Assembly: GCA_937880875.1 (NCBI GenBank)
Contig: CALGRI010000380.1
Span: forward strand, 19,703 to 83,702
Direction of reading: 5' to 3'
Source of the DNA: an uncultured Pseudomonadota bacterium
GTDB lineage: Bacteria; Desulfobacterota; Desulfobacteria; Desulfobacterales; Desulfobacteraceae
Length of the DNA: 64,000 bases
Under the pieces are notes generated by a model. That model was not told the DNA's origin. It searched no databases and saw nothing but the letters and a program-made list of their open reading frames with translations. This document shows, one piece after another, positions 20,562-30,400 of this stretch; within the stretch, counting starts at the first letter, position 1, and each line of letters starts with the position of its first letter. The position numbers and the translations under genes are program-made.

Positions 20562-21158
20562 CTAAATAACCAGGTAAAATAAGGGGAAAATAAAAATCCA
20601 GATCAAATCCACCAGATGCCAGTAAAGGCCCGAGTTTTCAGCCAGGGAAAATCTCTCATGGGTTGTTTTGCCTGTTTGGACAAATACAAGGCTGATAAAA
20701 AGCAGGGTCATCCCGATAATAATATGGATGCCGTGCAGTCCTGTAATCACATAATAAAGTCCGAAAAACATATTCTGACCCGGAGGTCCATCCACAAGTT
20801 TTTCCGAATTGGGAAAGATGCCAAGATCAATCTTATGGCTCCATTCAAAATATTTATTGACCAGGAAAACAAGGCCGCATAAAAGCCCTGCCACAAGCCC
20901 TGTCACTGCCATTTTTTTTTCTTTTTTCTGAATGGCGGTAATGGCTGCGGCAACACTGAAACTTGAAATCAAAAGAATAATGGTATTAACAACACCAAAC
21001 AAGGTATTCAGTTCCTTGCCGCCATCAATAAAATCACCGGGGTACCTGGCAAAATATACAGCATAAAGAACAAAGAGTCCTCCGAAAAGAATGATCTCAG
21101 TATAAAGAAAAAGCCACATACCCAGCTTTTTGCCGGACTCATCCGAATGGGAAGACAT
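20562..21158 (-). CDS. coxC: Cytochrome c oxidase subunit III
   Basis: GMWLFL.TE, TGLHGIH, GLYWHLVDLIWIFIFPL. Confidence 0.94.
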   Translation of the reverse strand: MSSHSDESGKKLGMWLFLYTEIILFGGLFVLYAVYFARYPGDFIDGGKELNTLFGVVNTIILLISSFSVAAAITAIQKKEKKMAVTGLVAGLLCGLVFLVNKYFEWSHKIDLGIFPNSEKLVDGPPGQNMFFGLYYVITGLHGIHIIIGMTLLFISLVFVQTGKTTHERFSLAENSGLYWHLVDLIWIFIFPLFYLVI

Positions 21159-22793
21159 TTATTCTCCTTTTATATTTTTGGAATACTTTTTTACAACCCC
21201 TGTAAAATCATAAGGGTAATCCGAAACGCATGGTTCTGTTACAAAATTGTGCAATGGCGGTGGAGAGGGTGTCTGCCACTCAAGGGTGGTCCCTCCCCAG
21301 GGATCGGCTTGTGCATCCATGGGTTTTCTTAAGGTGATCAAAAGGTTGATGACCATTAAAAAGATCCCGATAATCATGAATACTGCACCAAATCCTGCAA
21401 AAAAATTACCCTTGGCATATTGGGGCAGGTAATCAAAATACCGCCTTGGCATCCCCTGAAGCCCCAGTATAAACATGGGAACATAATGGAACATGAACCC
21501 GCCCGTTAAAAGGATAGCCCCGATATAGGCCTTTTTAAAATCATACATACGTCCGAACATTTTGGGCCACCAATAGTGCAGGGCAGCAAAAAATGCAAAC
21601 CCTGCTCCACCGAACATGGTGAAATGAAAATGGGCCACCACAAAGTGCGTATCATGGACATAAATATCTGTTCCTGCGGCACCTAAAACAAGTCCGGTCA
21701 ATCCCCCAACAGAAAAAAGATAAATAAAGCATAACGCTAAAAACAGAGGCGGTGCCATTTGAATTGACCCTTTATACAGGGTGGCTATCCATGAAAATAC
21801 TTTGATGGCCGAGGGAATCGCCACGACAAAGGTTAACAGCGAGAAAACAAATATGGCTGTGTCACTCATCCCGCTGGTATACATATGGTGTGCCCAGACA
21901 AGTGAGCCTGCAATGGCAATGGCCATGGAAGAGGCTACAATGGCCTTGTATCCGAATATGGATTTTCTTGAAAACACAGGAATGATTTCCGATATAACGC
22001 CCATACCGGGAAGAATCATGATATAAACGGCAGGATGGGAGTACATCCAGAACAGGTGCTGGTATAGAATCGGGTCTCCGCCCCTGGACGGATCAAAAAG
22101 CCCCACCCCCACATAGCGCTCAATGATTACCAGCAAAAGGGTTATTGAAACTACGGGTGTTGCCAGAAGCTGTACCCAGGAAGTGGCATACAGGCTCCAG
22201 GTAAACAAGGGTATCTGCATCCAGCCCATCTGCTTTTTTCTCATCCTATGAATCGTGGTAATAAAATTTAACCCCGTCAGCATGGAAGCCATTCCCAGGA
22301 CAAAAGCCGCAAAGACTGCTGTGGAAACATTTGTATGGGTTGAAATGGAAAAAGGAACATAAAATGTCCAGCCTGTATCAGGAAATCCATCGGAAAAAAG
22401 GGATATAATGGCAATAATACCGCCGGCCATATAAAGATACCATGATAAAAGGTTCAGCTTTGGAAAAAACACATCATCAGTTCCTATCTGCATGGGCAAA
22501 AAGAAATTGCCAAAGACTGCGGGCAATGCCGGAATGATAAATAAAAAAATCATGATAACACCGTGAAGGGTAAAAAGTGAATTGTACACTTCAGCGCTGA
22601 TAAATGTTTCGCCTGGGAACATGAGCTCCAGCCTAAGAAGGCCCCCCAGAATAACTGCCAGCAAAAACCAGAACAGGATGGAAAACAGGTACATCAATCC
22701 AATCCGCTTGTGGTCTGTTGTCAAAAGCCAGGACCAGATACCTTTGAAACGGGCAGGAGAAGGGGTTTCAAAAAATGATTTTTCAGTTTCCAT
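21159..22793 (-). CDS. coxA: Heme-copper oxidase subunit I, A2-type
   Basis: TLHGVIM, FWMYSHPAVY (the YS motif marks A2 type), VWAHH, VVAHFH, GMPRR. Confidence 0.97.
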   Translation of the reverse strand: METEKSFFETPSPARFKGIWSWLLTTDHKRIGLMYLFSILFWFLLAVILGGLLRLELMFPGETFISAEVYNSLFTLHGVIMIFLFIIPALPAVFGNFFLPMQIGTDDVFFPKLNLLSWYLYMAGGIIAIISLFSDGFPDTGWTFYVPFSISTHTNVSTAVFAAFVLGMASMLTGLNFITTIHRMRKKQMGWMQIPLFTWSLYATSWVQLLATPVVSITLLLVIIERYVGVGLFDPSRGGDPILYQHLFWMYSHPAVYIMILPGMGVISEIIPVFSRKSIFGYKAIVASSMAIAIAGSLVWAHHMYTSGMSDTAIFVFSLLTFVVAIPSAIKVFSWIATLYKGSIQMAPPLFLALCFIYLFSVGGLTGLVLGAAGTDIYVHDTHFVVAHFHFTMFGGAGFAFFAALHYWWPKMFGRMYDFKKAYIGAILLTGGFMFHYVPMFILGLQGMPRRYFDYLPQYAKGNFFAGFGAVFMIIGIFLMVINLLITLRKPMDAQADPWGGTTLEWQTPSPPPLHNFVTEPCVSDYPYDFTGVVKKYSKNIKGE

Positions 22794-22845
22794 AGACGCC
22801 TCGCAACGGTTTTACAATTTCTAATATGAGCAACTTGAACAAGTA

Positions 22846-23736
22846 TTATGTATCATGAGACAATTTTGTCTTTTGCTTCTTGTCTCTTTTTGACGGATAT
22901 ATCAAAAAAATAATAAATCCCAGAAGTAAAATCAGGATGGCCGTTCCTGTTATCCTGAATATTTTAAACACATAGGTTTTGTTTTCCGGATCATAATCAA
23001 AACAAAAAGCCAGCACTCCCCTTTTTATTGAGATGCCCGGCTTTCCAATCTTTGCCTCGCTTAAGGCCATTCCAAGATCAAAGGGAAGAAAATTGGGGCC
23101 ATACAGATATCGGATAATCTTTCCATCTTTGGCAAGCACCATAAGAACGTTTGGATGAATATAAAGATGAGTTTCTTTTTTAATAAAATAATAGCCTAAA
23201 GAATCGGTCAGTTTTCGAATATTTATATTGTCCCCTGTCAGGTAAAACCATTTGTCCAATGGAAAATCCCGGGTTATCAGGTTGGTATAATTTCTTTTGG
23301 CTGTTGTTGCATGGGTCGGGTTTTCATCATCGGAAAAACTTAATGTAACCACGTTAAAATCCTTACCCGGGATCTGATCGACAAGATTCAGGGCAGAAGC
23401 AAGATTTGCCTGGAGAAAAGTGCAGACTGTGTTACACATAAAATAGGCAGGCAGAAGCACAACCGGCTTATCAAAAATAGTTTCAAGCTTTATCTGTTTG
23501 CCCTTATCATCTTTAAAATAAGTATCAAGGGCTGCATACTTTCCCAATTGTTCTTCAACCTTAACCTGCTGGTTGAGCAGAGAACTGTCTTTTTCGACAG
23601 CCATGACGACTTTAGAGTGGTCATGGCTGTTCGGGTCTGTGGTGTGATCTTTCTGGGCCAATGCATCTTGCAAAAAAACAAGATCCACCCAAAAAAAAAG
23701 GGTAAAAACGGCTGATAAAAATTTTAAAACAATCAT
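22846..23736 (-). CDS. SCO family copper chaperone
   Basis: YFMCNTVC (CxxxC), FLTG, HP; C-terminal FCFDYDP plus TM helix. Confidence 0.9.
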   Translation of the reverse strand: MIVLKFLSAVFTLFFWVDLVFLQDALAQKDHTTDPNSHDHSKVVMAVEKDSSLLNQQVKVEEQLGKYAALDTYFKDDKGKQIKLETIFDKPVVLLPAYFMCNTVCTFLQANLASALNLVDQIPGKDFNVVTLSFSDDENPTHATTAKRNYTNLITRDFPLDKWFYLTGDNINIRKLTDSLGYYFIKKETHLYIHPNVLMVLAKDGKIIRYLYGPNFLPFDLGMALSEAKIGKPGISIKRGVLAFCFDYDPENKTYVFKIFRITGTAILILLLGFIIFLIYPSKRDKKQKTKLSHDT

Positions 23737-24278
23737 TTAATCTTTTTATTTTCACCGGTTGAATAATTGACTTCCCAGACTGTCCGGTATGGGTGGCGAT
23801 TCCTAAAAGAATCTTTTCCAGCACCATAAGCCAGCATCACAAGGCTTGTTCCTTCCGGATTGATGGGTTTGTCATATTTATCACCGGTATTAAGCGGCAA
23901 AGTAAAAGAAATGGTTGTTATTCCCTCTTTTTCAGTACCAAAAGGATTTATAACATCATTTTTGCCACCCAGTTTCTCATCGTTGCTATGCCCTCTTTTT
24001 CTGTCCCCATAATGATCTTCAATTTTGAATGTGCCGTCTTTAACTGCACCGATAATGATATTGGCTCCCTGCATGGCCTTTTCAGGATCAAAGCCAATAC
24101 CAACCCAGCCCGTGGTTTTTGCAGACAGCTGGACATGGATAAGGTCTTTTTCAATGGCCCATGAAAACTGCATGTCTTTTACTTCAAGTTTATGCTGGTA
24201 TTCCATTGCAGACAAAGGCAATGTTAATGCCAGGGTCATTAGCGTAAGTATTGTTATCATATAATAAATCTTTTTCAT
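23733..24278 (-). CDS. Secreted DOMON domain protein
   Basis: Signal peptide; TTGWVGIGF, AMQGANIIIG, C-terminal His (NRHPY). Confidence 0.85.
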   Translation of the reverse strand: MKKIYYMITILTLMTLALTLPLSAMEYQHKLEVKDMQFSWAIEKDLIHVQLSAKTTGWVGIGFDPEKAMQGANIIIGAVKDGTFKIEDHYGDRKRGHSNDEKLGGKNDVINPFGTEKEGITTISFTLPLNTGDKYDKPINPEGTSLVMLAYGAGKDSFRNRHPYRTVWEVNYSTGENKKIK

Positions 24279-24293
24279 GCTTTTTACTCCTTA

Positions 24294-24719
24294 TCATCCA
24301 TATTGAAGTTCACCCCCGGAAAATCCCAGCCCTATCGCCACAACCATAGTTAAAAGATAAAAAAAGGATATTTTATCAAATCTGGGGTTTTCAGGGTCAT
24401 CTATAAAAGTAATTGTTGCCAGAAGTATGGTCAAGACAATGGCAAGGGTTATTTTCAGAATAATCAAAAATTCCCACGCCCCGCCAAAGGTATGCTGCCA
24501 GTCCAAGTATCCTGCAAAAGCGGTCGGGAATACGCCCAAAAGCCCTAAGATAATACAATGATATCCGGTTTTTGCTAAGAATCTTAGTTTTGGTACAAAA
24601 GATGCCGCCCGGAACACAACCGCCCCCATTACCATCCCCATGGGAATATGAGTCAATGCAGGATGTAAGGGATGGGTGAATCCTATTTTGTTGAGAAATT
24701 CAAAAATAAATTCTGTCAT
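24294..24719 (-). CDS. DUF2231-like four-TM membrane protein
   Basis: HPLHPALTHIPMG, AGYLDWQH, G..GGEL.YG ending. Confidence 0.75.
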   Translation of the reverse strand: MTEFIFEFLNKIGFTHPLHPALTHIPMGMVMGAVVFRAASFVPKLRFLAKTGYHCIILGLLGVFPTAFAGYLDWQHTFGGAWEFLIILKITLAIVLTILLATITFIDDPENPRFDKISFFYLLTMVVAIGLGFSGGELQYG

Positions 24720-24759
24720 GTTATCACCTTTGATTTTAGTTTCCTGTTTTTAAAGACCA

Positions 24760-24775
24760 TGCAAATCCTGTACCC
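24760..24775 (-). promoter_or_regulatory. Candidate sigma54 promoter of the cox operon
   Basis: Minus strand reads GGGTACAGGATTTGCA (GG-N10-GC with TTGCA), 40 bp upstream of the ATG at 24719. Confidence 0.5.
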
Positions 24776-24948
24776 GGATTTTCTTCTGTCTTGATATTTT
24801 GGCTTTATCATCGAAAAATAAATTCCTTTTATTTTAATGCTTGAATTATACAAATATTATGAAATAATCGTATAAGGGTTAAATATATTAAAGCACCTTC
24901 ATGTTGAATAAACAACCATTTAAAGAGTTTAGCAATTGATTTTTAAAT

Positions 24949-25728
24949 ATGAAAACCGAACTTATTGATACTTTGCAATTGACCGGCCAGGGCCTCATCA
25001 GCATAATTGGTGCGGGCGGCAAGACAAGTCTCATGTTCCGATTGGCAAAAGAACTTGAAAGTTTTGGTAAAAGCGTTTTAACCACAACCACCACCAAAAT
25101 TTTCATGCCTCTACCTTCTCAATCCCCTTTTACCATCATTGACAGCTCTATTGAAGAAATTATTAAAAAATCAGCCTCCCGTCTTAAGCGTTTTCTTCAT
25201 TTTTCTGTGGGCCAAAAATATGACCCGGCAACGGGGAAGCTGCAAGGATTTGCCCCGGACAGCATTGATCAATTGTGCCAGGCCGGCCTTTTTGACTGGA
25301 TCATTGTAGAGGCTGACGGGGCCAGACAAAAACCCCTTAAAGCCACTGCGTCTCATGAGCCTGTTGTCCCGGAAGATACAACCCACCTGATTCTTGTAAC
25401 AGGGCTTGATGCCGTTGGAAAACCTTTTAATGAAACCCATGTCCATAGGGCAAAACTTTTTTCAAAGAATACAGGATTACCCCTGGGAGGAACCATGGAT
25501 GAGCAGTCAATGGCAACTTCCATTGCCATTGAGATAATAAAGGCCGGACATTTGAGCCATTCCTCGACAAATTTTGTAATTCTAAACAAAGCTGACAATC
25601 CTGAAAAAATAAGCTCTGGTCAAAAAATTGCTGAACTTCTGCAAACAAACAAAATCATTCAAAGGATTATTATAGCATCCCTTATTGATGAATTTGCTGT
25701 TAAAAGTTGTTTAATACTTAAAAAATAA
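24949..25728 (+). CDS. yqeC: Selenium-dependent molybdenum hydroxylase accessory protein YqeC
   Basis: IGAGGKTS, VLTTTTTKI, VEADGA...PLKA...HEPVVP, G.DA.G, VHR. Confidence 0.9.
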   Translation: MKTELIDTLQLTGQGLISIIGAGGKTSLMFRLAKELESFGKSVLTTTTTKIFMPLPSQSPFTIIDSSIEEIIKKSASRLKRFLHFSVGQKYDPATGKLQGFAPDSIDQLCQAGLFDWIIVEADGARQKPLKATASHEPVVPEDTTHLILVTGLDAVGKPFNETHVHRAKLFSKNTGLPLGGTMDEQSMATSIAIEIIKAGHLSHSSTNFVILNKADNPEKISSGQKIAELLQTNKIIQRIIIASLIDEFAVKSCLILKK

Positions 25729-25755
25729 AAAGAAACGACAGAAAAACCTTATTTT

Positions 25756-26397
25756 ATGAGCCTTCCCAGAAAAAAAATTGCCGGAGTCATCCTTGCTGCC
25801 GGATCAGCATCCCGCATGGGGAAAACAAAACAACTTATGCCCTTTGGAAAAACCACACTTCTGGGGCAGGTGATTGAGAACGCAAAGGGATCAAAATTGC
25901 ATGAAATCATTATTGTTTTAGGGCATAAGGCTGATGAAATACGTCAAACCCTTGACCTTTCCAATACAAAAATCATCATAAACAAAGAATACTCAAAGGG
26001 ACAAAGTACATCCCTTATCAAAGGCCTTGAAAATGTCTCGTCCCTTTGTGATGCAGCAATGTTCCTTTTAGGAGATCAGCCCCTTGTCAGTGCCGCCATT
26101 ATCAACCAGCTGATTAATGCCTTTGAAACCTCAGACGTACCCATTATCATCCCTTATTGCAATAACAAACGGGGCAACCCCGTCATCATTGCCAGGCTTT
26201 TGTTTCATCGCTTAAAATCCCTGTCCGCAGATGTAGGGGCAAGGGCTCTTTTTGATGAATTTAAAAAATCCATATTAAAAGTGCAGATTCCTGATAACGC
26301 CATTCTGGTTGATGTGGACACAATGGATGATTATGAAAAATTAATTTCAAAAAAATCCGATTCGATGGAATGCGATCTCCCTGAATTTAATGTTTGA
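25756..26397 (+). CDS. mocA: Molybdenum cofactor cytidylyltransferase (MocA/YgfJ)
   Basis: LAAG.ASRMG..KQL, GQSTS, LGDQP, RGNPV, DVDT.DDY. Confidence 0.88.
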   Translation: MSLPRKKIAGVILAAGSASRMGKTKQLMPFGKTTLLGQVIENAKGSKLHEIIIVLGHKADEIRQTLDLSNTKIIINKEYSKGQSTSLIKGLENVSSLCDAAMFLLGDQPLVSAAIINQLINAFETSDVPIIIPYCNNKRGNPVIIARLLFHRLKSLSADVGARALFDEFKKSILKVQIPDNAILVDVDTMDDYEKLISKKSDSMECDLPEFNV

Positions 26398-26536
26398 CTT
26401 GACAAATTTATTCTCATAAGGAATTGTGATAAAGTCAAACCTGTTCAGTTTGTAGGTATTACATATTCAATGAATATGTTTTGATAGTTTCAACGAGTTT
26501 TAACCCCAAAACTCTAGCCACAAACAAGGAGGACCT

Positions 26537-27910
26537 ATGAGAGCAAAAAAGTATGTATTAAACGAACAAGACATGCCGCGCAAATGGTACAATATCATGG
26601 CGGACATGCCAACTCCCATGGAGCCGCCACTTCACCCCGGAACCGGACAGCCCGTCGGACCTGAAGACCTTGCCCCGATTTTCCCCATGAACCTGATTGA
26701 ACAGGAAGTGAGCACCCAAAGATGGATTGACATCCCTGAAGAAGTCCTGGATAAATATGCTATCTGGAGACCCTCTCCTCTGTACCGGGCTTATAATCTT
26801 GAAAAAGCCCTGGACACCCCGGCAAAAATTTATTTTAAAAATGAGGGAGTCAGTCCTGCCGGCAGCCACAAACCCAACACAGCCCTTCCCCAGGCCTATT
26901 ATAATAAGGTGGCCGGCACAAAAAAGATCACCACTGAAACAGGAGCTGGCCAATGGGGCAGCGCCCTTGCCATGTGCTGCTCATTTTTTGGCATTGAGTG
27001 CAAGGTTTTCATGGTAAAAATTTCCTACAACCAGAAACCCTACCGCCGCCTGATGATGGAAACCTGGGGGGCCAATTGCACGGCAAGCCCAAGTAACGAA
27101 ACAAGGGCTGGCCGCAGCATTCTTGAAAAAGATCCGGATTCTCCGGGCAGTCTTGGTATGGCCATCAGCGAGGCAGTGGAAGAGGCTGTTTCCGATGACA
27201 ATACCAAATATGCTTTGGGCAGTGTATTAAATCACGTCATGATCCATCAGAGCATCATCGGTCTTGAGGCCATAAAACAGATGAAAATGGCAGGAGACTA
27301 TCCTGACATAATTATTGGAAGTGCGGGCGGTGGCAGTAATTTTGCAGGGCTTGCCATGCCCTTTGCCTTGGACAAAATAAACGGCCGGGATATTGATATT
27401 ATTGCTGTGGAGCCGACCTCCTGCCCCACCATGACACGGGGGCCCTTTGCCTATGATTTCGGAGATACCGTCCAGATGACTCCCTTGCTGCCCATGCATA
27501 CACTGGGTCATAATTTTGTACCAGCCCCTATCCATGCAGGCGGCCTAAGATACCACGGCATGGCACCCATTGTAAGCCAGCTGATCCTGGACGGCATTAT
27601 CCGGCCTGTATCTGTCCACCAGATTGAAACTTTTAAAGCCGGTTTTACCTTTGCCCGGTCAGAAGGGTTTATCAGTGCACCTGAATGCAACCATGCCATT
27701 GCCATTGCCATCAGGGAAGCCCTTAAAGCCAAAGAAGAAGGCAAGGAAAAAACCATTCTGTTTAACTGGAGCGGTCATGGCCTTGTGGATCTTGCTGCCT
27801 ATGAAGCTTATATGCGGGGGAACCTGTCCGATCATGAACTGCCCCAGGAACAAATTGATGCAGCATTAAATGATATTGCAGCGTTGCCCAAACCCCGACA
27901 GGCAACTTAA
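26537..27910 (+). CDS. trpB2: Tryptophan synthase beta chain type 2 (TrpB2), copy 1
   Basis: GSHKPN (PLP Lys), [28 protein letters not shown]; 457 aa with the N-terminal WYNI extension; no trpA nearby. Confidence 0.95.
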   Translation: MRAKKYVLNEQDMPRKWYNIMADMPTPMEPPLHPGTGQPVGPEDLAPIFPMNLIEQEVSTQRWIDIPEEVLDKYAIWRPSPLYRAYNLEKALDTPAKIYFKNEGVSPAGSHKPNTALPQAYYNKVAGTKKITTETGAGQWGSALAMCCSFFGIECKVFMVKISYNQKPYRRLMMETWGANCTASPSNETRAGRSILEKDPDSPGSLGMAISEAVEEAVSDDNTKYALGSVLNHVMIHQSIIGLEAIKQMKMAGDYPDIIIGSAGGGSNFAGLAMPFALDKINGRDIDIIAVEPTSCPTMTRGPFAYDFGDTVQMTPLLPMHTLGHNFVPAPIHAGGLRYHGMAPIVSQLILDGIIRPVSVHQIETFKAGFTFARSEGFISAPECNHAIAIAIREALKAKEEGKEKTILFNWSGHGLVDLAAYEAYMRGNLSDHELPQEQIDAALNDIAALPKPRQAT

Positions 27911-27926
27911 ATTCAACTAAAACTTC

Positions 27927-27966
27927 ACCTGCAACAGTCTTTAAATATTGGCAGACTGTTGCAGGT
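27927..27966 (+). terminator. 14-bp perfect inverted repeat after trpB2 copy 1
   Basis: acctgcaacagtct-N12-agactgttgcaggt. Confidence 0.6.
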
Positions 27967-27987
27967 ACTTTAAGAGACAGGAATCAA

Positions 27988-28296
27988 ATGACGATACACA
28001 AGGATGAAAACATGAATACACTTCCCTCAGAACCCCCAGAAGATGATGTTCAAATCAGGTGCCCAAGACTTGGACATCAAATCAATTTTCCCTATTGCCG
28101 GTCTGAAAACAACGGGCTTCCATGTTTTAAAACCCTTGACTGCTGGTACAACCATTTTGATGTTCATGCCTATTTTAGTGATAAATTAACCAAAGAAGAC
28201 TTTGAAAAAAGCTTTTTGAACAAGGTAAAACCAAAAATTTCTTCGTTATTTGATTTGATTGAACAGGCCAAAGCAAGAAAAGGTAAACAGGTTTGA
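27988..28296 (+). CDS. Hypothetical Cys-containing protein
   Basis: RCPRLGH..F.YCR....PC....DCW; overlaps the next gene by 4 bp. Confidence 0.7.
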   Translation: MTIHKDENMNTLPSEPPEDDVQIRCPRLGHQINFPYCRSENNGLPCFKTLDCWYNHFDVHAYFSDKLTKEDFEKSFLNKVKPKISSLFDLIEQAKARKGKQV

Positions 28297-29021
28297 TATA
28301 TTTAAAGGAGGTAAACATCCTTCCAGAGAAGTTTCCTGTTTTAGATTTTTATCCCTTTAATGTGAAAATATTCCAGGACACGGACTCCATACCCTTTGAC
28401 AAAGCCATCACCTTTTTCATCGGTGAAAATGGTACTGGCAAATCAACTTTGCTTAAAGCCCTTGCTTACAGATGCGGCATCCATATCTGGCAAAGCGAGT
28501 TCAATTTAAGGTGTGAGCGAAACCCCTATGAAGAAGACCTGTACAAAGCAATTTCCATTAAGTGGGAAAATGGTCCTGTACCAGGGTCTTTTTTCGGGTC
28601 CCAGATCTTTTCCCATTTTGCAAAAAACCTTGAAGAATGGGCCTTTAGTGACTCTAAAATGCTCAAATATTTCGGGGGAAAGTCACTGATCACCCAATCC
28701 CATGGCCAGTCGCTCATGTCATATTTCCAATCCCGGTATAAGATTAAAGGATTATACTTTCTGGATGAACCAGAAACAGCATTGTCCCCATCTTCTTTGA
28801 TTGAACTTTTAAATCTTTTGATCAAAATCAACCAACAGGGCCATGCTCAGTTTATTATTGCCACCCATTCCCCTTTTTTGATGGCCTGCCCGGATGCCCG
28901 GATTTACAGCTTTGACACTCCGGTTATTGAACCCATTCAGTATGAGGATACACAATATTATAAAATCTATAAAAATTTTATGATCCATCCTGAAAAATTC
29001 ATAAAAACCAACCCAATTTGA
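28293..29021 (+). CDS. Standalone ABC/SMC-type ATPase (COG3910-like)
   Basis: GENGTGKS, SHGQS, LDEPETALSP, ATHSP. Confidence 0.88.
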   Translation: MIYLKEVNILPEKFPVLDFYPFNVKIFQDTDSIPFDKAITFFIGENGTGKSTLLKALAYRCGIHIWQSEFNLRCERNPYEEDLYKAISIKWENGPVPGSFFGSQIFSHFAKNLEEWAFSDSKMLKYFGGKSLITQSHGQSLMSYFQSRYKIKGLYFLDEPETALSPSSLIELLNLLIKINQQGHAQFIIATHSPFLMACPDARIYSFDTPVIEPIQYEDTQYYKIYKNFMIHPEKFIKTNPI

Positions 29022-29031
29022 TAGAGTTAAG

Positions 29032-30282
29032 ATGAATCCTCTTTCTGACACGACCTTAAATACAGTAAGTGTGCCTGATAATTTTTATCAGGTTTTTCTA
29101 ACGGCTCAAAATTATGTAAGAAACTATTTTTCCATCAGTCAACGTGATCCTGAAAAAGGATCCATTAAATTTTCAGGGGAACGATACATCCTTGTCAGAG
29201 CAGCCTCCATGTCAATAGAATTTTTTGATATGATGGCGCTTTTGTATAAAGACAGGGGGGAAGAAGAGTCAAGGACCCTTTCCTTTAATTTTCTTTTTGA
29301 TATTGCCCATTCAATCGGGAAAGCAGATGCAAAAAGTTTTTTTTCTAAAATGAAGGTGAAAGACCCCATTGAAAAACTTTCCGCAGGACCCGTCCATTTT
29401 GCTTATACTGGATGGGCATCCGTTAAAATACATCCTTTATCAAAACCCACGGCAGATGAAAATTTTTATTTGATTTATGATCACCCTTATTCATTTGAAG
29501 CCCAGGCATGGATGGACAAAGGGGAAAAAGTCGAGTTTCCCGTCTGTGTTATGAATGCCGGATATTCCTCGGGCTGGTGTGAAGAAAGCTTTGGCGTTTC
29601 CCTTGTAACGGCTGAAATAGAATGCCAGGCAAAAGGCGACCGACACTGCCGGTTTATCATGGCCCACCCTTCCAGGATCAAGGATTATATCAGTGATTAT
29701 TGCAAAAAAGCATATATTAAATACGAACATTACAAAAAAATTGACATCCCGGAATTTTTCAAGCGCAAACGCCTTCAAGACGAACTTAGCAATTATAAGA
29801 TCCATCTTGAACAGATTGTCCAGGAACGGACGGACAACTTAAGAAAAACCAATCAAAGACTTGAGGAAGCCAATATTGCCTTAAGGGTGGTTTTGAAACA
29901 GATGGAACAAAAAGAAAAAATTAATAAGGACAATTTTTTAATCAATATCAAGCAATCCATCATGCCCTTTCTTAAGCAGCTTGAAGAATCCGGTTTAAAT
30001 AAGGGGCAACAGATATTATTAGATCGGCTCCAAATAAATATGAACCAGGTCACATCGCCTTTGATCGGAAAACTGTCCTCCAAATACTTGAACCTGACCC
30101 CAATGGAAATCAAAGTGGCGACCCTTGTCAAGGATGGGGCCGTAAACAAGGAAATCGCACAGGTTCTCAATGTCTCCTTAAATACGATCACTTCCCACCG
30201 CTATAAAATACGGACAAAGCTGGGGCTGAGAAACAAAAATATAAACCTGCATACCTATCTGCTCTCACTTGAGGAAGAATAA
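29032..30282 (+). CDS. XylR-N/V4R sensor + coiled coil + LuxR HTH transcriptional regulator
   Basis: G.I...GERY.L, GPVHFAYTGW, PVC....GYSSGW, E..C.AKGD..CRF; C-terminal LTP.E..VA.L...G..NKEIA..L.VS.NT...HR..IR.KLG. Confidence 0.88.
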   Translation: MNPLSDTTLNTVSVPDNFYQVFLTAQNYVRNYFSISQRDPEKGSIKFSGERYILVRAASMSIEFFDMMALLYKDRGEEESRTLSFNFLFDIAHSIGKADAKSFFSKMKVKDPIEKLSAGPVHFAYTGWASVKIHPLSKPTADENFYLIYDHPYSFEAQAWMDKGEKVEFPVCVMNAGYSSGWCEESFGVSLVTAEIECQAKGDRHCRFIMAHPSRIKDYISDYCKKAYIKYEHYKKIDIPEFFKRKRLQDELSNYKIHLEQIVQERTDNLRKTNQRLEEANIALRVVLKQMEQKEKINKDNFLINIKQSIMPFLKQLEESGLNKGQQILLDRLQINMNQVTSPLIGKLSSKYLNLTPMEIKVATLVKDGAVNKEIAQVLNVSLNTITSHRYKIRTKLGLRNKNINLHTYLLSLEEE

Positions 30283-30332
30283 TTTAATGAGTAGTGATTT
30301 TTTAACACCATTATATAGCTATTTTTACAGTA

Positions 30333-30362
30333 TTGACCCGAAGTTTTTAATATTTCTATAAT
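30333..30362 (+). promoter_or_regulatory. Candidate sigma70 promoter for serA-trpB2-serC
   Basis: TTGACC-N18-TATAAT upstream of serA. Confidence 0.5.
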
Positions 30363-30400
30363 TTTAACTCAGCATTTTTTATTAATAAAGGAAAATCATC

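Noticed and set aside
26398-26536. Trp attenuator leader or T-box upstream of trpB2
   Set aside because: No Trp-codon-rich short ORF or convincing terminator/antiterminator pair found by eye.
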